From IMG/VR virus record IMGVR_UViG_2724679564_000005: a DNA stretch of 64,000 nucleotides. One strand, given 5' to 3'. How positions within the stretch are numbered: position 1 is the first letter of the stretch; every line of letters starts with the position of its first letter. The notes under the pieces are model-generated. The model made no database searches, was not told the DNA's origin, and saw only the letters and a list, made by a program, of their open reading frames with translations. This DNA comes from a virus (lineage: Duplodnaviria; Heunggongvirae; Uroviricota; Caudoviricetes). The translations under genes and the position numbers were made by a program. Shown piece after piece: positions 1 through 10,539 of the stretch.

Positions 1-205
1 CCTCTATATAATCAAGACCATCATGTTCATGCTTACAATAAGGACATTTTATCTTCTCATTTTCTTTAAATATTATATCAAAGTCTTTATCTTTGAGGTT
101 ATTCAGTATTTCTATATCTTCTTCAGTCCACCCATTTTCTTCTAATAACTCTGCATTTAATAAATTTTCTACAGCTTCTTTTATTAATTCTACTTCTTTA
201 TTCAT
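1..205 (-). CDS. hypothetical protein, 3'-truncated at window edge; N-terminus MNKEVELIKEAV..., CPYC zinc-ribbon motif
   Basis: ATG at 205-203 preceded by AAAGGGG RBS; ORF runs off the window edge. Confidence 0.4.
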   Translation of the reverse strand, partial: MNKEVELIKEAVENLLNAELLEENGWTEEDIEILNNLKDKDFDIIFKENEKIKCPYCKHEHDGLDYIE

Positions 206-252
206 TAAATTTACCCCTTTCTATATAATAATTTTATATGGTATTATACACT

Positions 253-498
253 CTACCACTTCAAAATCTTTTTTACATATGTTATTCCTGCTTTTAAAGA
301 ATCTTCAATATGGTTAAAGGATTCCTCGTAAATTGACTCTCCATCTTCCAATCTTATTACATAAACAGTATAAGTAGTTGGTGGCATTAAACCCTTTTTT
401 ATTTCTTCTTCATATCCATTTTGATATTGATCTACAACTGTATATTCTATTGCGTATCCCTTTTTAGATATTTCTTCAATTTTTTTTAATATATCCAT
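253..498 (-). CDS. hypothetical protein (81 aa)
   Basis: ORF track; same strand and tight spacing as neighbours. Confidence 0.4.
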   Translation of the reverse strand: MDILKKIEEISKKGYAIEYTVVDQYQNGYEEEIKKGLMPPTTYTVYVIRLEDGESIYEESFNHIEDSLKAGITYVKKILKW

Positions 499-596
499 AA
501 TTACCTCCTCGGGTTATATTTCCTCTACTTAACCATCTAAAACCCCATCATAATATGAAATATCATTCTTTTTCATCCATGTGCATTTTATACTTT

Positions 597-1460
597 TTAA
601 TCAAATTTTTTAATTAGCATTCTATACAAGCAGTCTGTTAAGAATACTAAGCTCATCATGCTTTTGTTATTTATTAAATCTAATCTGTCTCCATGAAGAA
701 CATGTCTTGTTACAAATGTAGGACTTTTTGATGTAGATTTGTATATATAGCATGTACCTTTTTCATTAAAAAATGTTGAATATAATTTTTCTAATTCTTT
801 ACTTTCTTTATATTTAAAACAATTTTCTGATAATACTTTGGTAATATTGTTAATAATCTTCCATTCGCCTATAGGCTTGTTTGTATTGAATCCTGATTCT
901 CTTATTTTATATTCCATTAAAGTAAATAAGTTGAGAGTAGTGGAATATATCTTGTTTTGCATAAAATTTGTTTTTATTTCTTTTATAAAATCACGAATAC
1001 AATCTGTATGTTCTTCATCTATCCAATTATCCATAGCTTTAATATAATATTCTTTAATATCTGAACTATTTACAACATTATTAATGTCAATTTTATTTAC
1101 ATATTCCTCATAGAATTCTATAATTTGATCTTCCATCATATCATCTAAAAAATAAAATATTGGAGGAAATACTCCTTCTGTTATAAATTTATCTGAAAAT
1201 ATAGGATTCATTTCTAAGAACATAGTAGCAAAATATATATTTTTCTTTTTCTTATTGCTCAATTCTTTGATAATTGGTTTTAGTTCTTTAAAAAAGAAAG
1301 CATTAATTTTATATATTTCTTTGGATATAGGTATAATAGCTTCAGAAATAATATTTTTGAAATTTACAAGTTGACTAAATTTTTTTCCTAAATCTTTACT
1401 TATTTCTTGTAATTCACATTGTGATTTTGAAAAAACACTAACATTAGTTTCCTTATTCAT
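597..1460 (-). CDS. hypothetical protein (287 aa)
   Basis: long ORF downstream of a conserved promoter copy at 1539-1568. Confidence 0.5.
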   Translation of the reverse strand: MNKETNVSVFSKSQCELQEISKDLGKKFSQLVNFKNIISEAIIPISKEIYKINAFFFKELKPIIKELSNKKKKNIYFATMFLEMNPIFSDKFITEGVFPPIFYFLDDMMEDQIIEFYEEYVNKIDINNVVNSSDIKEYYIKAMDNWIDEEHTDCIRDFIKEIKTNFMQNKIYSTTLNLFTLMEYKIRESGFNTNKPIGEWKIINNITKVLSENCFKYKESKELEKLYSTFFNEKGTCYIYKSTSKSPTFVTRHVLHGDRLDLINNKSMMSLVFLTDCLYRMLIKKFD

Positions 1461-1538
1461 AAAAACAACTACCTCCTAGAATATAATATCATAAATAAAG
1501 AATAATTTTAATGAGGTTAATTTATTTTTATTTTATCA

Positions 1539-1568
1539 AATTGTTTTATGTTTGTCAAATAAATAATT
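1539..1568 (-). promoter_or_regulatory. sigma-A type promoter (conserved family copy): TTGACA, 17/18-bp spacer, TAAAAT, reading on minus strand
   Basis: rc gives TTGACAaacataaaacaatttgaTAAAAT about 75 nt upstream of the 597..1460 start. Confidence 0.5.
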
Positions 1569-1574
1569 AATAAG

Positions 1575-3899
1575 CTATTCTCTTATTTTCATTTTAATTA
1601 TTTTATCCTTCTTTTGTCTAGTATTATATATAAAATTACCTTGGTTAGCTCTTTTCATAGTTAAATAATCTTTCCACGACTTTTCTGTGTTTGTTGCCAC
1701 ATCATCAAGCATGTAGTCAATTTCCTTGCCTTTTTCACTATATATAGTGAAATTATCTTCTTTGCAATCAATAATAGCACCTATGACCTTATTATCCTCT
1801 TTTAATCTAATGCCTACTACACCTTTTGTATCTCTTGATTTTGTAGGTCTTATTCCAGACTTTTTAGTATTAACTATTAATGCTTTGCCTTCATCAGTTA
1901 ATAAGAATATATCAACATCTTCTGTAACTACTTTAATATCTATTAATGGACTTTCTGTATTATAAGCATCCATAGGCACTTGTCTGTTAGTTTTACATTT
2001 ATATTTTATTAAGCCTGTTGATCCAATATTTCCGTTTTGAAATACAGTAAGAACTTGTCCTTTATAATCTTTTGTAGTTGCAATATGTATTATTTTTTCA
2101 TTTTTTTGTAAATGTTCCCCTAGCCAATTAGGAATAAATGTACCATATGCTGATGGTTGCCATTCATCTAAATCATAAGTTTTACGTATTAATACATTTC
2201 CCTTATTAGTGAATAAAAGAATGTCTGTTTTATTTGTAGTTTGGAACATTTGTATAATTTCATCTTGTTCTTTTAATTTTTGTGATTCTGAATATTTAAG
2301 ATTCTTTTTTAAGTAACCATCTTTAGTTAATACTAATGTTACAGTATTGTCTTCGATAAGGTTTTCTTGAGTTATCTCTTGAATATTGTCTTTGTAAACT
2401 AATTTAGTTCTTCTTTCATCTCCATATTTATCTCTTATTTCTATAAGTTCTTGTTTTAACACTTCTAGTAATTTATTTTCATTGTTGAGTATGCTATTTA
2501 AATAAACCACTGTATTTGTTAATGTTTTATATTCATCTTCTATTGTTGCTATTTCAAGTCCTGTTAATCTTTGTAGTTTTAATTCTAATATTGAATTTGC
2601 TTGAATTTCATCTATTTTTAATTCATTAATTAATTTATCTTTGGCTTCAATTTTACTTTTAGAGTTTTTAATTAATTTAATAGTTTTGTCAATATCTGAT
2701 ATAGAAATTTTTAATCCTTCTAATATATGAAGCCTTTTTAATGATTTATCTAATTCAAATTGTGTCCTGCGTGTCAAAACTTCTTTTTGATGTTCTATGT
2801 AATACTGTAATATTTTTTTAAGATTTAAATGTTCTAATAGCTGATTTGTGCCATATATAGTAGTAAAATTAGCATTATAATTACTTTGTAAATTTGAATA
2901 TTTAAATAATAAGGGCAAAATTTTATTAGGATTTGTATTTTTCTTTAATTTTATATTTATTCTCATGCCATTTCTATCAGATTCATCTACTATTTCATTT
3001 ATACCAGATATTTTGGCTTTTACGGTAACTTCTTCTTTTTTATTTCCACGTATAATGGTTTTTGTTGTATCATTAGATAACATAAAAAGATTTTCTAATA
3101 ATTGTGATTTGTTAACTTGGTATGGTATTTCTGTAAAAATTATATTTTTATTTTTATTGCTTTCTTCAATATGATATTTAGCTCTCATAATAATTTTACC
3201 ATATCCATTTGTATATACATTAATCATATTTTGAGGATTTATTATTTCTCCTCCCGTAGGAAAGTCAGGTGCTTTTAAAATTTTAATTAACTCCTTAATT
3301 TCACAATTAGGATTGTTTATTTGATAAATAACAGTATTTATGGTTTCTGATAAATTATGAGGTGGAATTGCAGTAGCAACACCAACAGCTATACCTTCAG
3401 CTCCATTTACCAAAAGGTTAGGAAATCTTGATGGAAGTATTGAAGGTTCTTTTTCTTCACCATCAAAGTTAGGAATAAAATCAACTGTATTTTTATTTAT
3501 ATCTTTTAATAAATCTAAGGTAATCTTTTTCATTTTTGCTTCTGTATATCTATACGCTGCCGCTGAATCTCCATCTATACTTCCCCAGTTTCCATGTCCA
3601 TCTATTAAAGGATGCCTTAAACTAAAATCTTGAGCCATTCTAACCATAGAATCATATACTGAAGAGTCTCCATGTGGATGATATTTACCAAGAACATCTC
3701 CTACTATTCTAGCAGATTTTCTATATCCTTTTTCAGGAGTTATACCTAATTCATACATAGAAAAAATTATTCTTCTGTGTACCCATTTTAGACCATCTCT
3801 CACATCTGGTAATGCACGACCCATAATTACACTCATAGCATAATCTAGATATTTTGTTTTCATCACTTCTGATATATTAATTTGTTTAATATTACTCAT
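1575..3899 (-). CDS. gyrA: type IIA DNA topoisomerase subunit A (GyrA/ParC-like), 774 aa, short C-terminal region
   Basis: N-terminal [17 protein letters not shown] and active-site AYRYTE Tyr motif; directly downstream of the GyrB-like gene. Confidence 0.9.
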   Translation of the reverse strand: MSNIKQINISEVMKTKYLDYAMSVIMGRALPDVRDGLKWVHRRIIFSMYELGITPEKGYRKSARIVGDVLGKYHPHGDSSVYDSMVRMAQDFSLRHPLIDGHGNWGSIDGDSAAAYRYTEAKMKKITLDLLKDINKNTVDFIPNFDGEEKEPSILPSRFPNLLVNGAEGIAVGVATAIPPHNLSETINTVIYQINNPNCEIKELIKILKAPDFPTGGEIINPQNMINVYTNGYGKIIMRAKYHIEESNKNKNIIFTEIPYQVNKSQLLENLFMLSNDTTKTIIRGNKKEEVTVKAKISGINEIVDESDRNGMRINIKLKKNTNPNKILPLLFKYSNLQSNYNANFTTIYGTNQLLEHLNLKKILQYYIEHQKEVLTRRTQFELDKSLKRLHILEGLKISISDIDKTIKLIKNSKSKIEAKDKLINELKIDEIQANSILELKLQRLTGLEIATIEDEYKTLTNTVVYLNSILNNENKLLEVLKQELIEIRDKYGDERRTKLVYKDNIQEITQENLIEDNTVTLVLTKDGYLKKNLKYSESQKLKEQDEIIQMFQTTNKTDILLFTNKGNVLIRKTYDLDEWQPSAYGTFIPNWLGEHLQKNEKIIHIATTKDYKGQVLTVFQNGNIGSTGLIKYKCKTNRQVPMDAYNTESPLIDIKVVTEDVDIFLLTDEGKALIVNTKKSGIRPTKSRDTKGVVGIRLKEDNKVIGAIIDCKEDNFTIYSEKGKEIDYMLDDVATNTEKSWKDYLTMKRANQGNFIYNTRQKKDKIIKMKIRE

Positions 3900-3917
3900 T
3901 GTTATGCTCCCCTTTTT

Positions 3918-5837
3918 TTATATATCTAAACTTGTTCTTATTTTAGAATTACTTTTTATAAATTCTTTTCTTGGTGTTACTTTATCTCCCATTAACAACG
4001 TTATAGTTTTCTCTGCTTCAATAGCATCTTCCATAGTTACTTGTAATAATGTTCTAGTTTCAGGATTTAAAGTGGTTTCCCATAACTGCTCAGGGTCTTG
4101 TTCTCCTAAGCCCTTATATCGTTGTATATCTATATTTTCATCTTTGTGTTGTGAAATAAAGTTTAACTGTTCATTTTCTGAATAAGTATAATAATGTTCT
4201 TTATTTATAGTGTTTCTATATAATGGTGGTACACAAAAATATACATGACCTTTTTCAATTAGAGGTCTCATATATCTATAAATATAAGTTAACCACAATG
4301 TACCTATATGATTTCCATCACTGTCAGCATCTTGCATTAATAGTATAGAAAAATATTCTAACTTGGTAATATTAAATTCTTCCCCCATGCCAGTTCCAAT
4401 TGCAGATGAAAAAATAGCTAATTCTTCACTTTGTATTACTTTTTGTTCTTTTTGCTTTTCAACATTCATTATTTTGCCTTTGGAACTCATTATAGTTTGA
4501 AATCGTCTATCTCTAGCTTGTTTTGCACTTCCACCCGCTGAATCTCCTTCAACTACGATAAATTCTTTTTCTGTTTTATCTTTACTTGTACATAAAGCAA
4601 CTTTATTAGGAGGTATTAGTGTATTAGAATTATTTTTCTTTTTCCTTGTAGTTTCTTTTGCTTTCTTTGAAGCTAATCTTGATTGTTGAGATAATAAAAT
4701 TTTATTTATAATTTCTTCTGCAATTTCTTTATTTTCAATTAAAAATACTTCCATATATTCTTTTATTGTGTTTGAAATTATACTTTGCACATATGTATTT
4801 CCTAATTTGGTTTTTGTTTGACCTTCAAACTCAGGTTCGGGTATCTTAACAGATATTATAGATGTTATTCCTTCTTTTATATCTTCTTTTTGAAAATTTT
4901 CGTCTTTTGCTTTTAAATGTCCATTATTTCTAGCATATTCGTTTAATATTTTTGTTAATCCATTATAAAAACCATTAACATGATAACCACCTTCTGTAGT
5001 ATTTATATTATTAACAAAAGAATATAAATTTTCATTATAATTATTAGTATATTGAAAAGCAATTTCCATTTGGCAATTATCTAATTCTTTTTCAATATAA
5101 ATTATTTTACTTTGAATAGGTGTTTTATTTTCATTAATGAATTTAACAAATTCCTTTAAACCACCTTCATAATGATAAGTTTGCAATTGTTCTTTGTTCA
5201 TTCTTTTATCTTCAAATATAATAGTAATTTTTTTATTTAAAAGAGCAAGTTCTTTTAACCTTTTTGATAATGTATTATAATTAAATTCTGTTTCACTAAA
5301 TATTTCATCATCTGGTTTAAATGTTATTATAGTACCAGTTTTATCACTTTTACCAATAATACTAACCTCATCAATTTTTTTACCTTTTGAATAATGTTGT
5401 TGATATATTTTACCATCTCTATGTACTGTTGCTTCAAATTCAATAGATAAAGCATTTACAACAGAACTTCCTACCCCATGAAGTCCTCCTGAAGTTTTGT
5501 AACCTCCTTGACCAAACTTTCCACCTGCGTGTAATGTAGCTAAAACTACTTCTAATGTAGGAATACCCATTTTAGGATGTATTCCACAAGGAATTCCTCT
5601 CCCATTATCTTTTACTGTAACTGAATTGTTTTCATTTATAATTACATTAATAGTATCACAAGAACCATTAACAGCTTCATCAATTGCATTATCTACTATT
5701 TCATAGACACAATGATGTAATCCATTTTTACCTGTGCTTCCAATATACATCCCTGGTCTTTTTCTAACTGCTTCTAAGCCTTCTAAAACACTAATACTAT
5801 TTTCATCATATGTATTATTCTTTATTTCTTCTGTCAT
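3918..5837 (-). CDS. gyrB: type IIA DNA topoisomerase subunit B (GyrB/ParE-like), 639 aa
   Basis: GHKL ATPase N-terminus (LEGLEAVRKRPGMYIGST, HHCVYEIVDNAIDEA) and Toprim region (VEGDSAGGSAKQ); 18-nt gap to the A subunit. Confidence 0.9.
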   Translation of the reverse strand: MTEEIKNNTYDENSISVLEGLEAVRKRPGMYIGSTGKNGLHHCVYEIVDNAIDEAVNGSCDTINVIINENNSVTVKDNGRGIPCGIHPKMGIPTLEVVLATLHAGGKFGQGGYKTSGGLHGVGSSVVNALSIEFEATVHRDGKIYQQHYSKGKKIDEVSIIGKSDKTGTIITFKPDDEIFSETEFNYNTLSKRLKELALLNKKITIIFEDKRMNKEQLQTYHYEGGLKEFVKFINENKTPIQSKIIYIEKELDNCQMEIAFQYTNNYNENLYSFVNNINTTEGGYHVNGFYNGLTKILNEYARNNGHLKAKDENFQKEDIKEGITSIISVKIPEPEFEGQTKTKLGNTYVQSIISNTIKEYMEVFLIENKEIAEEIINKILLSQQSRLASKKAKETTRKKKNNSNTLIPPNKVALCTSKDKTEKEFIVVEGDSAGGSAKQARDRRFQTIMSSKGKIMNVEKQKEQKVIQSEELAIFSSAIGTGMGEEFNITKLEYFSILLMQDADSDGNHIGTLWLTYIYRYMRPLIEKGHVYFCVPPLYRNTINKEHYYTYSENEQLNFISQHKDENIDIQRYKGLGEQDPEQLWETTLNPETRTLLQVTMEDAIEAEKTITLLMGDKVTPRKEFIKSNSKIRTSLDI

Positions 5838-5914
5838 AAAATTTTCCCCTCTCTGCTATTTATTAAATTGTTTTAAATTATAAAATATAGGAATAAGAAC
5901 AAATTACAATTTTA

Positions 5915-5943
5915 ATTATATCCTCATTCCTATATTTTGTCAA
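5915..5943 (-). promoter_or_regulatory. promoter TTGACA-17-TATAAT for the topoisomerase operon
   Basis: rc: TTGACAaaatataggaatgaggaTATAAT, about 78 nt upstream of the gyrB start. Confidence 0.5.
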
Positions 5944-6062
5944 GTTATTTTATTAAATTATTTTATATTGCTTTAAAATGCCGATTTTATATCATTTTTA
6001 TACTTGAAAAACATAGTATAAATGAGTATTCAAGAGTAAATAAGAGATGATTTTTGATTATT

Positions 6063-7040
6063 TTAAGACTTTAGATTAAATATCTCATTTATTACTTTAT
6101 TTCTAAACTCATCACTTATTGGACTTCCAGCAGCATTAGGATGTCCTCCACCTTCGAATATTTCAGCTACATCTTTTCCTAAGTCTACCTTGTTACCTAT
6201 GTTTCTATAGCTAATTGCCTTACTCATATTTATAATAACTATAAAATCTAATTCGGGATGTGTTTCAGATAATCTATTTCCAACTTCTGAATGATATTGC
6301 TCTCCAAATATAATACCTGCTTTATATCCTAATATATCTTTAACTATTAATTCTTTATCTTTAGATTTTATATAATTATCAATTTCTCTTTGTTTATATT
6401 TTAATAATTGCAGATCAAAATCACTAAATCCAAAAATATCATAGTGGGTTAATCTATATAGTATACTTTCTATAAAATCTTCTCTACCCATTATATAAAA
6501 TAAATCATTCCACTGTTTAGGAATTAAATAATTTTCTTCTTTCCATTGCCATATATCATATTTTCTAACAATTTCAACAAATGTCTCTATATTAGTATAT
6601 TGATTATATACTACTGCATGTGAATCTAAGTATCTATTTTCTTTTAAATAGTCATAAAACATTCTAGTTCCAGAAGTTTTTTCTTTATCATTTAAATTTA
6701 TTTGAACTTTCGCCCAATCATACTTGTTTAGTTCTAATGCTGTTGGATGATGGTCAAGTAATTGAATATCAGGATTATAAGTTTCATCTGTGTAATACTG
6801 TTTTATTATCGTAGCTATTTTTTCATTTACAGATATATCTGTTATAAATATTTTATCATATTCATTCTTTTCTGCTCCCATATAAAATTCTTTAACCTTT
6901 TCATTAACATCATCATAATTACAATATTCAATGTTTATATTATCTTTTCCATAAGCTAAAATTCCTAAAATAGCACAACCTATTCCATCTAAATCTGTAT
7001 GAGTAAATAATTTTATTTTTTTCATATAGATTACCTCCAT
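6063..7040 (-). CDS. DHH/DHHA1 family phosphoesterase (NrnA/RecJ-like nuclease or nanoRNase)
   Basis: motifs FTHTDLDGIGCAILG, LLDHHPT and C-terminal GGGHPNAAG. Confidence 0.7.
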   Translation of the reverse strand: MEVIYMKKIKLFTHTDLDGIGCAILGILAYGKDNINIEYCNYDDVNEKVKEFYMGAEKNEYDKIFITDISVNEKIATIIKQYYTDETYNPDIQLLDHHPTALELNKYDWAKVQINLNDKEKTSGTRMFYDYLKENRYLDSHAVVYNQYTNIETFVEIVRKYDIWQWKEENYLIPKQWNDLFYIMGREDFIESILYRLTHYDIFGFSDFDLQLLKYKQREIDNYIKSKDKELIVKDILGYKAGIIFGEQYHSEVGNRLSETHPELDFIVIINMSKAISYRNIGNKVDLGKDVAEIFEGGGHPNAAGSPISDEFRNKVINEIFNLKS

Positions 7041-7049
7041 TAAATTTAT

Positions 7050-7502
7050 TTATATTCTGTTTTTTACAATTTTAAAAGGTATATGTTTATTTTCCTTCTC
7101 ATAGATGCTCAATTGTATTGTATTAACTTTAGTACCTTCTATGAAGTCCCAATCCCTATGCACTTTACAATATTTTTCTGCTTTGTTTTTTATTGTTACA
7201 GGAAATATTTCTATAACTTTATTCTTTATTTTATAAATATAATATATATGTTCTGCATTTTGCAGTAAGTTTATCTCATCCTCTTCAAACATATAATCTC
7301 CATCTAAGTTATAAGAATTTACATCATTACTACCTCTTGATAGTCTGGTAATTACATGTTGCCCTATTGAATTATTATTAAATTGAGATATTTCCATAAA
7401 TGCTTGAGGATATATTTGCTGTTTTCTTAGTTTCTTTTTCAATATATTAAAATTAATTTCTACATTGTCACCTATATTAAATTTTGGTTTTGTTGATTTC
7501 AT
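7050..7502 (-). CDS. hypothetical protein (150 aa)
   Basis: ORF with upstream TTGATA-17-TATAAT promoter. Confidence 0.45.
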   Translation of the reverse strand: MKSTKPKFNIGDNVEINFNILKKKLRKQQIYPQAFMEISQFNNNSIGQHVITRLSRGSNDVNSYNLDGDYMFEEDEINLLQNAEHIYYIYKIKNKVIEIFPVTIKNKAEKYCKVHRDWDFIEGTKVNTIQLSIYEKENKHIPFKIVKNRI

Positions 7503-7573
7503 TATATTATCTCCTTTCTATTTCTATATAAATATTCATTTGTTTTTCATGTATATATATTTATTAAATGGTT

Positions 7574-7602
7574 ATTATAATAAATATAAATGGAATTATC
7601 AA
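7574..7602 (-). promoter_or_regulatory. promoter TTGATA-17-TATAAT
   Basis: rc: TTGATAattccatttatatttatTATAAT, upstream of 7050..7502. Confidence 0.45.
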
Positions 7603-7659
7603 TAAGTATATTTTCATAAGAAAAATATACAATTATTGAACATTTAAACACATTTTTTC

Positions 7660-7706
7660 AAAATAAGAGTGGAAATAAATTTTTCTACTCTTATTTTGAT
7701 TTTTTG
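7660..7706. terminator. bidirectional intrinsic-terminator-like hairpin (11-bp stem AAAATAAGAGT/ACTCTTATTTT, 16-nt loop) with T-run
   Basis: perfect inverted repeat followed by GATTTTTTG on plus and ATTTT-like on minus; lies between the 7770..8042 gene and the 7574..7602 promoter. Confidence 0.4.
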
Positions 7707-7769
7707 CTATAAAAAAGTATTTTATCATTAAATTATTTTGTATTGTTGTAAAAGCAATATTTTATTAAA

Positions 7770-8042
7770 TTAATTTTTATAGTCATTCCACTTATCAGAT
7801 AGTTCTTTTAGAACTTCGTTTAAAGGTTTATATGTATTATCATTGTTATTTATATCGATATCAAAATTTTCTTTTAAAATTTGTTTTAAATGACTTATAT
7901 TATTTGTTTTTATTTTATCTAATACTAATCTTTTACTTTTTCCTTTTTTTATGTAATGATTTCTTACTGTTTTATAATCCTCTTTTAGTATCCGAGAACA
8001 TCGTTTTATTTCTTTACTTAGCTGTTTTTGATATTTATTCAA
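7770..8042 (-). CDS. hypothetical basic protein (90 aa)
   Basis: ORF track. Confidence 0.4.
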   Translation of the reverse strand: MNKYQKQLSKEIKRCSRILKEDYKTVRNHYIKKGKSKRLVLDKIKTNNISHLKQILKENFDIDINNNDNTYKPLNEVLKELSDKWNDYKN

Positions 8043-8074
8043 TCTTAAAACCTCCTTAATTTTTCTCTTTTTTC

Positions 8075-8392
8075 TTAAAGTTTAGCTAATAACTCATTTA
8101 TTCTTTTTGTTAATTTCTTTTTAATTCTAAATTTTTTAGTTTTATCATAAATATTTATTAGATTTATAATTTGTGCTTTATATGTTAGTTCTTCTATAAA
8201 GCTTTTACATGCTTTAATACTTTCATTTGCTAATTCTATAGATATAGGTTTATTTAACAACTCTATTGTATTTTGAATGTTATTTGATTGATTTTCTTCT
8301 ATGTTCTCAAAATATGTTTTATCTATAGATGCATCGAAAGGTTGTCCATCAATATATACGGTACATTTGTCAAAGAATATATCTTCTCCCAT
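8075..8392 (-). CDS. hypothetical protein (105 aa)
   Basis: ORF track. Confidence 0.4.
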   Translation of the reverse strand: MGEDIFFDKCTVYIDGQPFDASIDKTYFENIEENQSNNIQNTIELLNKPISIELANESIKACKSFIEELTYKAQIINLINIYDKTKKFRIKKKLTKRINELLAKL

Positions 8393-8413
8393 ATTATCAA
8401 CTCCTTTATTAAA

Positions 8414-8617
8414 TTATTTTAACTTACTTTTCATAGTTTCCAATACATATTTTTGAATATCCTCATCTCTAAAGCCTGTACTTCTTAAAAACATAATAAA
8501 TCCCTCTGTTAATAATTCTATGTCATTTCTACTTTCTAAAACTTTTTTATCATATGTATGTTCCATAGTGCATAATTGATTAAATCTATCTGTATAATTA
8601 AAATTTACTTTTATCAT
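8414..8617 (-). CDS. hypothetical protein (67 aa)
   Basis: ORF track. Confidence 0.35.
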   Translation of the reverse strand: MIKVNFNYTDRFNQLCTMEHTYDKKVLESRNDIELLTEGFIMFLRSTGFRDEDIQKYVLETMKSKLK

Positions 8618-8635
8618 TTAAACTTCCCTCCTATT

Positions 8636-8815
8636 TTAAACTGTTATAAGTTGACCTATGAACCCTATCGAGAATCCTAATCCTATTATTACTGCTATTA
8701 AACTAAGTATAATGATAGCTACCTCTTTTTCTTTAATTCCTACTATTAACCCCCATAATCCTCCAATAAAAACTAATAAAGAACATAGCGAAATCATTAT
8801 TAAACCAATTATCAT
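8636..8815 (-). CDS. small hydrophobic membrane protein (59 aa), not in ORF track
   Basis: ATG preceded by AAGGAGG RBS; translation MIIGLIMISLCSLLVFIGGLWGLIVGIKEKEVAIIILSLIAVIIGLGFSIGFIGQLITV. Confidence 0.4.
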   Translation of the reverse strand: MIIGLIMISLCSLLVFIGGLWGLIVGIKEKEVAIIILSLIAVIIGLGFSIGFIGQLITV

Positions 8816-9023
8816 TTTAACCTCCTTGCATTTGGATAAAATTAACTTTTTATGTTATCTATTAATAACATTTAATTCTAAAATATCTTCTAAAACACAT
8901 ACTTCTTGTCTAAGAGTTTTGTAGATAAGAATATTTTCCGTATCTCCTTTTTCCAAACTATCAGCTTGTTTTCTTAATATATTTATTAATCGTTTTTCTA
9001 TTTGTTCTTGGGTTTTCAAACTA

Positions 9024-9230
9024 TTACACCTCTCTTTTTATAAAGCTTTTTCCGTTACATTGTCTACATGGAAAAATAAAATTATGTTTGATATAAGGAT
9101 TATTACTACTATGTACAATTCTAATATTATACTTTAAACATTTATGATCTATTCTTTTATCTATTTGTTCTTCTTCAGTTAAATTAATAAATTGACATTC
9201 ATTACAATTAATGTTATCTATATTCGTCAT
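9024..9230 (-). CDS. Cys-rich zinc-finger-like small protein
   Basis: CNEC ... CRQC motifs. Confidence 0.4.
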   Translation of the reverse strand: MTNIDNINCNECQFINLTEEEQIDKRIDHKCLKYNIRIVHSSNNPYIKHNFIFPCRQCNGKSFIKREV

Positions 9231-9732
9231 TGTATATCTCCCTCATAGTTTTTCCTCCACCTTTTATAATGGGCAAACCATATTTGTTTTCAGATATAAT
9301 ACTTTGTTTTTGATTATTAACTTCTTCTTGTGCTATTTTACAAGCTACTTGCCATAAAGCGTGTAATAAATCATATCCTAAATTATCTCCATAATCTTTA
9401 TCAATATATCCATCTTTCTTAAACGTTTGAATAGTTGTTTGCATATTAATTGTAGGAGTAATTATTAACAAACCATCTTCTGTTTTATCCTCTATAAATT
9501 GTATTAATTGCCCTTCTGTTAATAGTGGTAAAAATGTGTTGTCTTTAGTTGCATTTTTTAGGGTTTCGTTATCTTGTATACAACTCTTATAAATACCGTT
9601 TACGTAAGTATCTTTATCGCTCCTAAAATCTCTAAAAAACAAATCATACATTTGTGGCTGCCACCATTTTCTTAATATTTCTTGTATTCCTTTAGGCTGT
9701 TTAAAAAAATCTTCAGCACTTATATAATTCAT
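9214..9732 (-). CDS. hypothetical protein (172 aa)
   Basis: ORF; ATGA overlap with the upstream gene. Confidence 0.45.
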   Translation of the reverse strand: MNYISAEDFFKQPKGIQEILRKWWQPQMYDLFFRDFRSDKDTYVNGIYKSCIQDNETLKNATKDNTFLPLLTEGQLIQFIEDKTEDGLLIITPTINMQTTIQTFKKDGYIDKDYGDNLGYDLLHALWQVACKIAQEEVNNQKQSIISENKYGLPIIKGGGKTMREIYNDEYR

Positions 9733-10145
9733 ATTATCCCTCCTTGAAGAGTATTTATCATAATTAATTCTTTAGCATCTTCGATATTGTTATTAGTTAA
9801 TGCTAAATAAAAATTAAATGTATCTTGACTTATAGGTAATGATTGTAGTGTTTTTATGTAATTTTCTTGATATTTACTCGCAGATATTAAAGCTGTATTA
9901 TAATCTTGTCCTTGCAAAAGTAAGGACTTTAAATATGTTAGACTTTCCTTGTTAAATTGTTTTAAATTTAGTTGTTCTTTATTAGATATCATTTTTATTT
10001 CAGTAATTAAGTTTTCTATTTCAATAACTTCTTGGCTAAACTTATTATATTTTAATAGATTACTATTACTTAAAAATTTATTTATCTTATCTTTGGTATT
10101 ATTAAAAAATATCTTTTTAATCATATACACCCCCATCTGGTACAT
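9729..10145 (-). CDS. hypothetical protein (138 aa)
   Basis: ORF; translationally coupled. Confidence 0.45.
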   Translation of the reverse strand: MYQMGVYMIKKIFFNNTKDKINKFLSNSNLLKYNKFSQEVIEIENLITEIKMISNKEQLNLKQFNKESLTYLKSLLLQGQDYNTALISASKYQENYIKTLQSLPISQDTFNFYLALTNNNIEDAKELIMINTLQGGII

Positions 10146-10398
10146 AATCTATTAATCCTGTTATTTCACATCTTTCAGATTTAATCCTATCGGGGTATTT
10201 ATTCCAATTGATTGGACTTAATGTTATTTGGCAGCCTTGCTCCGCATTGAATTCTAAGTTATTTATCGCATTAGATATTTCATTCATTATGTCTTTAATT
10301 AATTGCTTCTCTATATTATATTTTTGATTACCTCTAGCACAATCTATAAAAGCATAGGTTTTAATTCTTTGGTATCTTGGTATTTTATTAAGTATCAT
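10117..10398 (-). CDS. hypothetical protein (93 aa)
   Basis: ORF with a conserved promoter copy directly upstream. Confidence 0.4.
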   Translation of the reverse strand: MILNKIPRYQRIKTYAFIDCARGNQKYNIEKQLIKDIMNEISNAINNLEFNAEQGCQITLSPINWNKYPDRIKSERCEITGLIDYVPDGGVYD

Positions 10399-10435
10399 TT
10401 CTGTTTTTCCTCCTACTCTGTAACTTCACACTTAT

Positions 10436-10464
10436 ATATTATCAAATTATTTTATATTGATCAA
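10436..10464 (-). promoter_or_regulatory. conserved-family promoter TTGATC-17-TAATAT
   Basis: rc: TTGATCaatataaaataatttgaTAATAT. Confidence 0.45.
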
Positions 10465-10539
10465 GTATGCTTACTAAAGATATCATAATATTATTTTAAA
10501 GCATTTTATACTATCTTTAGTAAGTCCATTGAAATTATA

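Noticed and set aside
1575-5837. Possibility that gyrB-gyrA marks a bacterial chromosomal origin region
   Set aside because: No dnaA, dnaN or recF, and no DnaA-box clusters. The neighbours are phage-type genes (nrdDG, dut, tdk, homing endonuclease, mini zinc-ribbon ORFs).
5990-6045. Imperfect inverted repeat TACTTGAA...TTCAAGAGTA downstream of the DHH gene
   Set aside because: The stem is interrupted and AT-only with a long loop, which is not convincing as a terminator.
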